DNA of 64,000 bases from Glaucostegus cemiculus. Lineage: Eukaryota. How positions within the stretch are numbered: position 1 is the stretch's first letter; each line of letters opens with the position of its first letter. The DNA is taken from positions 14,570,001 through 14,634,000 of the forward strand of contig CDPCPM010000056.1 in assembly GCA_976551045.1 (NCBI GenBank). Direction: 5' to 3'. Positions 1 through 11,599 of this stretch are shown in pieces. A program made the translations under genes and the position numbers. Under the pieces are notes generated by a model. That model saw only the letters and a list, made by a program, of their open reading frames with translations. It had not been told where the DNA came from and made no database searches.

Positions 1-767
1 CTTCTTCCCTACTGGTAGTAACAAGAAGATCCCGTATCCCAGATTCTGAGGGTCCTTAATGATGGATGCTGCCTTCTTGAGAGACCACCTCTTGAAGATG
101 TCCTCGATGGTGGGGAGGATTGTGTCCTTGATGGTCTGGCTGAGTCTATGACCCTCTGCAGCCTCTTGTGATCCTGTGCATTGGAGGCTTCATACCAAGC
201 GGTGATACAACCAGTTAGAATTCTCTCCACTGTACATTTATAGAAATTTATATGAGCCTTTGGTGACATACCAAATCTCCTCAAACTCCAAACGAAGTAG
301 AGCTGCTTGGGTGCCTTCTTCATGATTGCATCATTGTGTTGGTCCCAGGATAGATCCTCCTGAGATGTTGACTGAAGCTGCTCACCCTGACCCCTCAGTA
401 AAGACTGGTGTGTATTCTCCCGACTTCCACTTCCTGAAGTCCACAATCAGTTCCTTGGTCTTGCTGATGCTGAGTGCGAGGTTGTTGTTGTGACACCACC
501 CAACCAGCTGATCTGTCTCACTCCTGTAAGCTTCCTCATCGCCATCTGCAATTCACAACAGTGGTGTCATCGGTGAATTTATAAATTATGTTTGAGCTCT
601 GCTTAGCCACACTGTCATGAGTGTAGAGCGAGTAGAACAATGGGCTAAGCACACATCCTTGAGATGTGCCTGTGTGTTGGTATTCAGTGAGGAGGAGATG
701 TTATTGCCAATCAGCATTGACTGTGGTCTCCAAATAATGAAGTTGAGGATCCAGTTGCAGACACATT
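1..767 (-). mobile_element. Rex1/Babar-type LINE fragment (RT C-terminal part), degraded
   Basis: Minus-strand peptides KKAPKQLYFVWSLRRFG..FYKCTVERILTGCITAWY..LQRVI and CNWILNF..RPQS are typical of Rex-Babar ORF2; frameshifted. Confidence 0.8.
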
Positions 768-1440
768 TCATGGGCGGTTACTGTTTCTGTTACTTTAGCT
801 GGTCCTGATGTAGTGATTTGGTTCTGAGCCAGTTTAGTCTTCCTGATGTATTTATGGAACACTTGCAAAAACTGCATTGTTGGTAATTGACTTGCTGCAG
901 GGTAGATGTAAAGTAGTTCAATACACCTTCCATTGTGTGTACTTCAGAAAGAAGGTTCTTTGACCACTGGTAAAAATAGAGCGTTCTGTTTAAAGAACCT
1001 TTTAATATTGCTGTAATGAAAGCAATAGAGCTAGCAGTTTCATACAAAATCACCGTGCCTTTTGTGAGAAAAGTTTGTAACATGGATATGAATATTTTCC
1101 AGTTGTTCCTGTTTTGGACGTTGTCTGTTGTAGGTACATCTTCGTGATCTTAGTCTTGCCTGATACTTTCACTACAAAATAGGAATTCTCACAAGCCTCT
1201 CGAGTTTCATGTGTAACAATTGTTTTTCCAATGTTAGTCTTACTCAAGAATTTGAATCTTTTACTTCTAATGCAATACAGCTGACTGGGCTGTTTCCTTT
1301 AGAATCCTTGTAAGCTTATCCATTATTGTTACTGATTGATACCTCAGACTAGAATATCTTTTTAAAATAAATCAATCATTGATAATTGTGCATAGCAGTA
1401 TATTTGATAATTTCAAGGATTTCCCATTTATTATAAATTA

Positions 1441-1535
1441 AAACAGATGGTGCTGGAGATGCTCAATAGGTCAGGCAGCATCTGTGGAGAGAAACAAGAG
1501 TTAACATTTCAAGTCAATGACCTTTCATTAGAATT
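1441..1535 (-). mobile_element. Penelope pLTR-derived short repeat with degenerate hammerhead core
   Basis: Reverse complement reads CTAATGA-aaggtcattgactt-GAAA-tgttaact...cagatgctgcctgacct, homologous to 27714-27800. Confidence 0.65.
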
Positions 1536-1639
1536 GATTCATTATATTGCTTTGATCATAGGACCAGTATTAAATCTGTATCATATTGGACAGTTACATA
1601 GTTATTAATTGTCAATAATTGTTTCAACACTGATTTAAG

Positions 1640-1767
1640 GTCGCTGTCACAGGAGAAGTCAGCAGGCTCATCATTGGCGGATCCAGTATTCCAATTCCAC
1701 AGGAACAAAGAGCTCGCCAACTATTGCAACTTATTGCAAGAGCACTATCATCAGTGTTATGTAAAAG
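1640..1767 (+). CDS. SZT2: SZT2 exon (window exon 1): SLSQEKSAGSSLADPVFQFHRNKELANYCNLLQEHYHQCYVK
   Basis: Resembles SZT2 [21 protein letters not shown]; donor G|gtaaaa in phase 1 fits the next exon. The acceptor (taag|G at 1639) is less certain; cag at 1652 is an alternative. Confidence 0.82.
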
Positions 1768-2037
1768 GTAAAAGCAGTCACTAGGGTTTACTGAGGGCAT
1801 ATTGCTCCCAAATAGTACCATAATTTGCATCAACATTTAAAGTGCTTGATCTTTAAAGTTGCTCCTCGGTGTTCATGTATTAAAAACCAATGAATATTAA
1901 CAGCCATCACAGATCAACATATGCAATGAATTCTTGAAAATCGTCTAGAATTTGCAATCTGGTGCCTCTTTACTTCAGAACTATGGCAAAATCTGCCCTT
2001 CCCCCCCACCTTCATTAAAAGTATTATTGTTCATATT

Positions 2038-2190
2038 TGATAAGATATCTTTATTAGTCACATGCACATCGAAACACACATTGAAATGCATCTTTTGCAT
2101 AGAGTGTTCTGGGGGTAGCCCGCAAGTGCTGCCACGCTTCCGGTACCAACATAGCATGCCCACAATTTCCTAACCTGTACGTCTTTGGAA
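2038..2190 (-). mobile_element. V-SINE 3' fragment (Rex-Babar-like tail subfamily)
   Basis: Reverse complement of the 3' halves of the copies at 11390-11598 and 22431-22590. Confidence 0.75.
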
Positions 2191-3899
2191 GGCATGTAAA
2201 AATCATTTACTGGCTGCTTCAGAGAAATTAATAACTGTTAATTGGTTGAAACAATGCAAGTAAGTTGTTCAAACCCTATGGGTAGTATTCCTGTTCTGTG
2301 CCCTATTTCTAAAGGAATCATTCCTTCACAGTACATTTCGTTTCAGAGAAAGAAAATGCATCACGGCAACAGCTGAAAATGGCTTGGACAGTTTAAATCC
2401 TCACCTGTTTTAGTTAACTACTGTTTTAAACATTGCTGAATGTGCTTAATGAAATTATTTGTCAGATAGAAAAAACAAATGTGAGAAGCAATTGACTTTT
2501 CCATTATGCCTTCTTCTCACTGAAATTATAAACGTACTTAATTTGCTCTCAGCATTCCCAATATTTACTTCTAAGTGTCTTAATTTTAGTGATAGTCAAC
2601 AAGCTACTTCATCACTGAGAGATTTCTTCTAGCTAATTATTTAAACTAGAACTACACATCTCTCATCCATACAGCATAATTTCATTGGATAACAGTTTTA
2701 TAAGTCAGCACAGCTAACGAATGTGCATGCAATTTTGATTAAACTAATTAGCTGGGAAAAATTTCTCAAGGTAATGTAGCATTTTGTGTGTCATTAAAAT
2801 TATATATTTAGAAGTAAATATCGGCAGTTGTGAAGACGGATGGAGTTATAACTTCAATAAGCACATGGAATTAAGTTACTTGCTTCATTTAAACCTACTT
2901 TTAAATTATCTCAACATTGACTTTTCACATATCCTTTATGATATATTTATCTCCAAGCTTTTTGGAAAAAAAGACTCTCATTACTGGTTTCAAATTTGTC
3001 TACAGTTTACCCCTTCCCCATCTCCAAATTCTCCTGTAGTCTACAACCCACTGAGCTACTTGCCCTCCTCCAGTTTTGAATGCTTGAGCACTGTGGATTT
3101 AATTGTTCCATTATTGGCAGCTCTACTTTCAGTTGCCAAGGCCTTAAGCTCCATAATTCCCTCATCAAACCTCAAAATACACCAGTAACCAAATATATTG
3201 TGAATCTTTTTTATGTGGCTATGAATCAAACTTCATTGCTGTCTCTTCCATAGGACTTGTATGGCACCTTCAAATTAGTGACATCACAAATGCAAATGTT
3301 CTTGTTTCAATTCACAAACACAGGATTTCAAAATCTTTCTTAAAAAAATTCTGTAAAATTACAAAATCCCCTGCTGCCATTTTCTCCAAGTCTAAAATTT
3401 AATTGGTTATTAACTTGTCAAAATTTAGCACCCATGGATTTCTTTCTAGAGAAATGCAAATTTCCTTGCAAGTGTCTGTTAGCAACAGGCATTAACGCTG
3501 GATACATTGTGAATTAGTGAACAACCATCTTGCTTCTAACCTGAATCCAATGGCCAAAAATCCTCTGGTTTTAGATATAGGTTTAGGCAGTTTAGCCAGC
3601 AGTGAGGAACATGTAGGTTTTCTGTTTGCTAAGATTTAGATCATCCACACAGCTGCCTCCATGCCATCCTCCACTTTCTGAATCATTGTATCGTTCTCTG
3701 GCTTACATTAGCTCACAAGCTTTATCCCTTTAGTTTCTCACTCGCATTTCTTCTGACCATATCATTTTATCTTATCCATAAAATTAATCTCCTTACTGCA
3801 TCCCTCCCTATTTGATCTTTTTAGCCTAATTTTCTTGCTAGATGTTAATGAATTGTTTTTCCTCAGTTACCATCCATTTCCCTTTAGAACTTTCATCAT

Positions 3900-4090
3900 A
3901 AGGGGGAACGGGTGGAAGCAGATACACTAGCAAAGTTTAAGAGGCATTTAGTCAGGCACATGAACAGGGAGAAATGGAGGGATATGGACCAGGTGTTGGG
4001 AGATGGAAGTAGTTTAAGTTGTCATCATTGTCAGCATAGACATCATTGGCCAAAGGACCTGTTCCTGTGCTGAACTGTTCTTGTTCTATA
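3900..4090 (+). mobile_element. CR1 LINE 3' end fragment
   Basis: gtggaagcagatac..ggccaaaggacctgttcctgtgctg..ttcta, homologous to the 3' end of the CR1 at 14266-16287. Confidence 0.7.
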
Positions 4091-4631
4091 ACTCCACTTA
4101 AAACCAAAACAGCCCACACATCTTACCTCCTAATTTTGTTTACCTTTCTGAGGTCCTCAGCTATGTAATGGCCTTTTAGTTTTTTGTCAATTTGTCCTTT
4201 TCCAAAATCATATTCGGCCTTTCACAGCATCAAAGTTATGAATGACATCCCCTAAAGGTGGGGCACTATCACTATGCATGCTAAAGGTGCTGTGTCAATT
4301 TAAGTTGCTTTTGTTTTGACCCAATTCTTAAATGAATTATTTATCCAACACAAAACATGTATGGTGTTAGGAGTTGAATTGTTATCCTGTTTAATAAAGG
4401 ATGTTTCTTGTGTTTTGGATTTGGCTGGAATTTTGGAGTAATGTTAATGGAGCTGATGAAATTCAAATCGTGATATAAATGTTACAGTATTAATTGTTTC
4501 AAAAAAAAAGAAAGATCTATTTACAAAATTTGGGTTTACTCTCTTTAACGTCCATTATATTTACCTTTGGCATAGTTAAAATCTTTATTTTGAAAATATC
4601 TTCATTATTTATATATTTTTTTACCTTAAAG

Positions 4632-4893
4632 GTGTATTTAGGAGTTTACAACAATCCTATTACATCAGCTCTCAGGATCTACTTACAGCTACAGATTATT
4701 GTGAGGAACTGCTACAGGAAATCGATATCACCACTTTTCTGCAGACACTGTGCGGACACATCCGATCATTTCGTGAAAGTCATGACCTGCAGCTTTGGAG
4801 TGATCGTGAATCTAATCCTACAAAGTTTGTGATCGGAGGAACTAGTGCTGAGGATGAGAGGGTGCAGAGGGGTGTTCTTGCTTCCACCTCAAG
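4632..4893 (+). CDS. SZT2: SZT2 exon 2: [43 protein letters not shown]...
   Basis: Pyrimidine tract plus aag| acceptor; AAG|gtaaga donor; phase 1 to 2; conserved peptide. Confidence 0.93.
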
Positions 4894-5068
4894 GTAAGAT
4901 GTTTCTTGCTGTAACATTATCACCTAGCCTTATAATCTAAGTTCATTGTATAATATCATCAAGGAGCCCTCTGCTTATGTATTCCATTAGTAATAATGAC
5001 AGGTTTGTAATATCAGGATCCTTTACGATCAAACCATTGAAATTAATCAGTACGCAATAATATTACAA

Positions 5069-5302
5069 TGTAGCGACTCACGATGTCGGCATCGAAACGC
5101 CGTCGGCCGTCGCGGGGAAACGCGCGAGTTCCCGCGATAGTGCCAGAAGGCGGGACTTCCGGCGGGAGGATGACGTGACTTCCGCCGGCCATGTTTTTAC
5201 CTAGTCCGTGTTGTGTGCAGCTCGTGTAGACTCATTAAAACGTGTTCAACTTCATCTCCGTGTCCTGGCCTTCTTTCAAGTAGCACCCTACTGGCTGCTA
5301 CA
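5069..5302 (+). mobile_element. Solo LTR (Gypsy-like), 234 bp, CpG-rich
   Basis: TG..CA termini with a 6-bp inverted repeat TGTAGC/GCTACA; 4-bp TSD ACAA (5065-5068 and 5303-5306); ATTAAA at 5234-5239; about 25 CpG. Confidence 0.8.
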
Positions 5303-6099
5303 ACAACATAATTTATCTTCATTTATAATGTCCAAACCATCTTAATTTTTTTTCTGATTTGAATTCCAGTATTTCAAGATAAATTATTGATCTAGTGTTT
5401 CAATTAATTATTGATTAGGCAACAATTGAAATTTTTCATCTAGTATTAAGAAACTGTTTAGGCCCTGGAAAGTTTCTTTTAATTCTGATTCAGCAAGAAG
5501 TTCCCAAAGGTTTAGTTATGATTGAGATTTATAAAAGAGAATTTGTGATGGTCTTAGAACAAAAATGGTTAGTAGGAAGTCATACACAGGTAGATCTGTT
5601 TCATTGCTCTGTATCCAGAAGGCAAAAATTTAATGTCATCACCTAAAAACAATAGGGTAACTTGCTAGAAAAAGTAGCAGAAGGAAAATACAAAATCTTT
5701 AACTAAAGAAAAGGTAAATATTTATAAAAGGAAAATGCTAAGAGTACTGAGAAACAGGAGGAATGAAATTAAATGGCTTCCTTTCAGAGCAGATAGAGCA
5801 CTAGTTGACTCTATGTCCTTCCACAGTGGTATAAAACAATATAGTTTTGGGAGTTCCCAAGCAAGGTTAATGATAATTGCCTTTGAAAGTGGTATGAAGA
5901 GATGGGGAAACTTTTAAAGCCATCATACACTGGGGCAGACTACCATAATCCCACTGCTAGTACTGGAAATTACCTGACTACTTAATTCTGACTAGAGTTG
6001 TGTCTAAACGCTGTCAAGGAGTATCAAAGCAATAGTGATCATAATATTGTTAAATTTCAGTTTCTCGGGTCACGTGATTGTTTTGTGTTCTGCTTTCAG

Positions 6100-6274
6100 C
6101 ATAGAAGCAGAAGATCTCGGTGAACAGGATTTGAGGAGTATACAGTCCAGTGTCACATCTCCTGTGACACAAGAAGAAACCAAAACGAAGAAGGTCTACC
6201 CAGAATTCTCCCTCTCCCTTCTTCAATCCAGCCAGCAGTGTGAAGTCTACCCCAACTTGCACAAAATCATTCGG
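6100..6274 (+). CDS. SZT2: SZT2 exon 3: SIEAEDLGEQDLRSIQ...CEVYPNLHKIIR
   Basis: tttcag| acceptor, CGG|gtaata donor; phase 2 to 0 bridges the flanking exons; open frame. Confidence 0.88.
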
Positions 6275-6469
6275 GTAATAAATTGCGAGTTAACAGCAAC
6301 TTCAGTAGCTTTAAAAGGCATGAATGTAAAGTGAATAAAGAAATACCTGGAATAATGAAAGAAGGATGGGTGTGAGTGTAACCATTCTTAAGGATGGGTG
6401 ACTGCAAGAGAACCTTGGCAGCAAAAAAGGATTTGGGAGTATGAAAGATTAAAGAAATGCATTGGTCGT

Positions 6470-7450
6470 GCCTGAAGCATGAGATCATAAATAGAAGCAT
6501 GAGTAGGCTATTCGGCCCCTCAGGCCTGCTTATCCATTCAGTAAGGTCATGTTTGATCTTTTACCTTGGAGCCAATTTCCAGTTTGGCTCCCACTAACAA
6601 CTGGAAATACAGGCTGTTCCTGAGTAACGAACGGGTTCCATTTATACAGGATCCACAAATTGATTTTATCTGCAAGTTGGAAAAAATACACAAAGTCACT
6701 TGATATGGTAACCATACCTCCACAATATTGTAATGAATCAAAAACACAAGACTGATGAGAGAGCAATTACTAAAAGTGGAAAGAGAGAGGAAACTTTGAT
6801 AAATTTCTTGTATACTCCTAAATATTTAATAATGTTATGGGAGTTCATTCATACGGTGTCCATAGGTGGGGCATTTGTAACCCAGGGACAGCCTGTATAC
6901 CAATCTCTTCACTGAACTTACTCTCTGACTGAACCTTTACAGCTCTTTGAGGCAGTGAATTTTAAAAATTCACTACCCTCTTGTAAAGAGATGTCTTCTT
7001 ATCTCTGTTCTTTTGATACTGGGATCCCAATTCTTGATACCCCACCCATGGGAAGCGTCATCCTTGCATCAAACCTTCTAATAATTTTGCACATTTCAGT
7101 GAAGTCACCTCTCGCTCTATTAAACACAAGGTCTAATATGCTTTGCCTTACTACATTTGCCAAACTCATCATCCCAGGAACCAATCACAAATGTATCCTT
7201 TCTTTGGTAGGGAGACTGGATTTGTATTCCAGTTGCATTTGCAGCAGGTTCATAGTTAATTGCATTAAGACATTCTTACTCAAATCTTTTTGCAGTAAAG
7301 ATCAACATATTATCTGCCTTCCTAATTAATTGCTGCACCTGCATGTTAACTTTTAGTGACTTGTGTACAGGTATACGTAGATCTTCTGAACACCAACACC
7401 TTTCAGATTCTCATCATTTATAAAATACTCGACCTTTCTATTTTTTTCTG
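6470..7450 (-). mobile_element. Old CR1 LINE 3' fragment(s), interrupted
   Basis: CR1 tail complement (gagtaggctattcggcccctc) and minus-strand peptide MVPGM..RARGDFTEMCKIIRRFD. Confidence 0.6.
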
Positions 7451-7940
7451 CAGCATGCCCATTCAAATTCTCAACTCTTATTGTAAAACTAACTTCAGCT
7501 AATCTTTATTTTTACATACCATTCTCTTTCTATGTTTCTTATTAGACTTCTCACTTATTCTGCTTTCCCTTTCTTTGCTGGTCTTCCTCTGTTGAATTCT
7601 GAAATTTTCACAAACCTTATGCTTACTGCATTTTTGGTAATGTTACAGACCTTTTCCTTTGAATTACTACAGTCTTTTAATATCTGCTGATTCTAAGCAA
7701 TCTCATTCAGCAAATATGTAGTAACTAATGGTCAGTGCTGGGCTGCAGTGACATGAGAAACATCTAATTTATTAGTTTTTATCCTAATTTATTTCTCACT
7801 TGGCCAATGTGATGGTTGTTCACACTGTACATCTAGTATTAAAATGTAGATTTAAAACTAAAAACTGGCAAAATAAATTCATATTTTTCATTTAAATCTC
7901 CAACATGTGCCAATATCTTTTCTTAAACTTGTCTTTGCAG

Positions 7941-8033
7941 GACAAATTCCTTGAGATTGGACGGCAACATTTCAAGACAGTGCCTTCAAACCCTTATTAC
8001 TTCTTTTACTGTTCTCCCACAGCCAAGAAAGAG
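7941..8033 (+). CDS. SZT2: SZT2 exon 4: [31 protein letters not shown] (GC donor)
   Basis: tttgcag| acceptor; GAG|gcaagt donor; phase 0 to 0; conserved peptide. Confidence 0.9.
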
Positions 8034-8870
8034 GCAAGTTTGGAGTGACCTGAATCATGAATAGTAATAGGGGATTGATTTGGAGATTTTGAAAAAGAAA
8101 TCATGTTAAGCTCCATATTGTGTTACTAATAGAAAGATGCAGATCACAAGTCATATGATATGGTTACAATTATAAGAATTACAATGGGACATGGAATCAG
8201 TTGTGTTAAAAGAACCAACTAGGTATATATTGGCTGTTATCCATGATCGCAAGTTAACTGAGACTTTAGTAGAAACATTTTATTCTTACAAACAAGATTA
8301 ACCTCTTAAAAGAGGAACTATTTCACTATTTTTCTTTAATTTATCCTGGGGTTTGTTTCATGGGCATAGTAACTACAGTGTACTCATCCCACATGGCCAT
8401 GTATAAATTATTGTCATGACTCATCTGCTGGAAAGCATCACAACTGCACAAGTCCAACATTTTTAACAACTATTTGTGTTCTTTATAGTTTAGGATTTTG
8501 AAAAGCGAAGGAGAAAGGGAAATTAGCATTGCTTCACTCCACTTTATGAACAGCGTTGAGACTTTTTAGATTTCATTATCCTGAATTAGATTACTTCTGT
8601 TGATAGATATTAATAGTAGTATGTATGTATTTTTTTTCAGAGGTACTCTACATCTTGTGATATTAAATTGTTTGTGGAGTAAAAAAAGACACACAGCATT
8701 TATTGGCTTTCTTCCCCATTTAAACCATTTCCAGGAATCTTAAATCTTGATGTAATCTCTGTAATTGATTTCACCCCCAACCCCCACTTCCCCCAACAGT
8801 AAAACAGCTGTTATGCAGCAGAAAGACCTTTGGAAGAATGATTTTGACAAGCCCAAGGAAATGCACTTTG

Positions 8871-8946
8871 GTGCAGCTGTACATGTTCCCATTGAAAGTG
8901 CAGCTGTACATGTTCCCATTGAAAGTGCAGCTGTACATGTTCCCAT
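8871..8946. repeat. Perfect 27-bp tandem repeat, 2.8 copies (GTGCAGCTGTACATGTTCCCATTGAAA)
   Basis: Units at 8871-8897, 8898-8924 and partial 8925-8946, identical. Confidence 0.95.
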
Positions 8947-9318
8947 GTCAGTGCTGTAAAAACGTCATTCTCTTCTGACAGATTGGTGTCTGCCATCTTC
9001 ACCCCACTGCAATAGGTCCCTGTGGATAAATCTTTGCCTAGAGCCTGGTTCGATGGCTTAGCCAGAGCTGGTGATCTTGAGCTCTAAGATGAAAGTGTCC
9101 TCAGGACTGGAATGCCAACTGAGCTTGGAGCATTTCAGTTGCAAGTAGAAGTTATGTTCATGTGATTGTATGTCAAGTGGATAGTCCAAGCTAGTGGCTT
9201 TTTTCAAAAGCCATGTATCTTTTGTGTTTAGAAGTGGAAATCTAATGGCTGGTTTGACAAGAACTGTAATTCCCCTAATGGAAATTTTCTCAAATGCACT
9301 TTGTCCTGAAATTTCTAG

Positions 9319-9400
9319 GAAGAAAATTATCAGGATGAAAGACAACGAAAACAAAGTGAAGATAATGATCTTTCTGAGTTGGAGGTGGCAGGGGAGGAAG
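9319..9400 (+). CDS. SZT2: SZT2 exon 5: EENYQDERQRKQSEDNDLSELEVAGEE
   Basis: ttctag| acceptor, G|gtgaga donor; phase 0 to 1 is needed to link exons 4 and 6; acidic peptide resembles SZT2 ..SEAELMGEEG. Confidence 0.85.
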
Positions 9401-10266
9401 GTGAGATGTTTTGAATTTAGTAACATGGTTTGTTTTCTTTGCACATTATAACCATTGATTTGGTTGTTTGTTTCTCAATAATCAAGTTATTGAATTTTGG
9501 AATTAAGTTTATTCCAAATACTGTACATATTATTAGCATCCATCATTTCCAGGTTAGATGAAATATGGGTTGGATGCAAAGTGACTTAGAGTCTCTGTTA
9601 ATTCTGTGTCTATATTTGATCCATAAATTTTGCTGTTCTCAAAACTGATAACCTCACACATTTTATTTGCATCTTGAACATGATCCATTGAACATGGATT
9701 TGCAAGTTCAATACCTGATTCTGATATGGCATACTGTTTCTTGTTTTAAAAAAAAGTGTCCTTTCAAAAAGAAATTAATTTGTGGTCTTGAGATTCTATG
9801 GTTCAAACTACATCTAAAATTTAACTTAATTTCAAGCTCCAAACATCTCCTATCATGTCGTTATGGTATTTTGAATTGCTGTGGCAGCTCTCCTTGTGGA
9901 TTGGCAAAGTGAGACTTCCTATTTGGATGGTTTTGAGAGAGGGACTTACTGAAAATTTGTTTACAGTTGCTCATTATTCATATCAAGTTTCTTAAGATCA
10001 TCAAAGAAAAAATGCTGTTTACCATTAAAATAATCTAGTTATGATTCATATCCAACTCAGATGATGGTGATAATATTTTAATTTTTTGCGCCACTCGTTC
10101 TCTAAAAATGTAATTTTAATGCATAATTCCTGAGTCTGGTTCTAAAAACAAGCAGTTGACAACACTCATTTCAGATAACTACTAGCCAGCTTAAAATGTT
10201 AAATTTTAAGTCTTTGCAGGAGAAACTAAATCTGCTGTACTTTTATAACTTCCTGAAATGTGACAG

Positions 10267-10563
10267 GGAATACGTCTGGATGCTGTGTAGTGACAGAGAG
10301 TGATCCAGATTTGGAGGTCGAATATAGAGAAAGATCTGACAGGGAATTACAGGATGCGGATTCGCTCTCGGATACCAATACAGTGAACAGAGACGATGAT
10401 TCCTTCAGTGTTCTTGGGGGAGATTCTTTGAATGAGCAAGACTTTCCTGATCAAGAGATGCCACCATTATTTGTTCATCTTACTTGTTCCCTTGGTGGAA
10501 AAAAGTGCCATGGGCCATTCTCAGTGGAGTCCATACCAGTGGAGTCACTGCCCACTTGCCTTG
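10267..10563 (+). CDS. SZT2: SZT2 exon 6: [22 protein letters not shown]...[10 protein letters not shown]...SLPTCL
   Basis: acag| acceptor, G|gtaagt donor; phase 1 to 1; strongly conserved peptide (track ORF 10260..10571). Confidence 0.94.
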
Positions 10564-10611
10564 GTAAGTGAAGAGCTGAAGTTTAGAAGGAAAGTTTAAA
10601 TAATAATGTAA

Positions 10612-10995
10612 TAGAGTCATACAGCATAGAAACAGGCTGACCACCAAGTACCCATCTGTACTAATCCCATTTACCAGCACTTGGTCTGTAGTCTTCTATT
10701 GGTGATTCAAGTGCCCCTCTAGATATTTCACAAATGTTGTGACTCACTTCCTCCACCATCTTCTCGGGCAATGCATTGCAAATGCCAACCACCTACTTCA
10801 TTATATCCCTTCTAAACCTCTTACTCCACAAATCTGTATCCTCAGGTTATAGATGACTCCACTTTGGAGAAAAATTTACTACTATCTACCCCATCTATAA
10901 CCCTCGTATCATCTTTACTCCAAGGAAAACAAACCTAACTTATCCAGTCTCTCCTAACTGAGTACTCCATCCCAGCCAACGTCCTGGTGAATCTC
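10612..10995 (-). mobile_element. CR1 LINE 3' fragment
   Basis: Starts with the tail complement agagtcatacagcatagaaacagg; continues into the complement of the RT C-terminus. Confidence 0.7.
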
Positions 10996-10997
10996 TT

Positions 10998-11310
10998 AGG
11001 ATGGTGCAGCTTGTAGTACCACTGCCTCACAGAGCCAGAGACCTGGGTTCAATCCTTACCTCAGGTGCTGTCTGTGTGGTGTTCGCACATTCTCCATATG
11101 ACCACGTGGGTTTCCTCCCACATCCCAAAGATTGTAGGCCACTGTAAATTGCCCCTAGCACGCAGGTGAATGGTAAATGATAGAATTGAGAAAGAGTTGA
11201 TAGAATGTAGGGAGAATAGGATTAATGTGGAATTAGTGTGGATGGTTGATTGGTGCAGGTTCGATGGCTGAAGAGCCTGTTTCCATGCTGCATTCCTCTA
11301 TGACCTCTCT
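10998..11310 (+). mobile_element. tRNA-derived V-SINE with CR1-type tail (HE1-like)
   Basis: B-box-like gggttcaatcc, V-domain gtgggtttcctcccacatcccaaaga, CR1-like tail ggctgaagagcctgtttccatgctg..ctctatgac. Confidence 0.75.
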
Positions 11311-11389
11311 GCACCTTCTTCAGAGAAATCACATCCTTACTATACTGTGGCGACCAAAATTACACACAATGTTACAGATATGGCCTCGC

Positions 11390-11598
11390 CATACGTTCTC
11401 CCTGTGTCTGTGTGGGTTTCCTCTGGGTGCTCTGGTTTCCTCCCACATTCCAAAGACATACAGGTTAGGAAGTTGTGGGCGTGCTATTTTGGCGCCGGAA
11501 GCGTGGCGACACTTGCGGGCTGCCCCCCAAAATAACTACGCAAAAGATGTATTTCACTGTGTGTTTCGATGTACCTGTGACTAATAAAGATCTTATCC
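11390..11598 (+). mobile_element. 5'-truncated V-SINE with Rex-Babar-like tail
   Basis: V-domain gtgggtttcctctgggtgctctggtttcctcccacattccaaagac; tail tttcactgtgtgtttcgatgtacctgtgactaataaagatcttatc. Confidence 0.75.
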
Positions 11599-11599
11599 A

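Noticed and set aside
799-900. Extra SZT2 exon after the acceptor-like tttag at about 798
   Set aside because: All three frames hit stops within about 30 nt and there is no SZT2-like peptide.
2784-3188. Assorted 60-135 aa ORFs from the track in AT-rich intron sequence
   Set aside because: Low-complexity L/F/I/S-rich translations, often non-ATG starts, no splice or homology support; consistent with chance ORFs.
5069-5302. CpG island promoter of a nested host gene
   Set aside because: Sharp TG..CA boundaries with terminal inverted repeat and TSD point to a solo LTR; no downstream nested ORF found.
8871-8946. 27-bp repeats as a CRISPR array or a repeat-protein ORF (track ORFs 8740-9002)
   Set aside because: Units are head-to-tail with no spacers, the context is a vertebrate intron, and the ORFs arise only from the 27-bp period.
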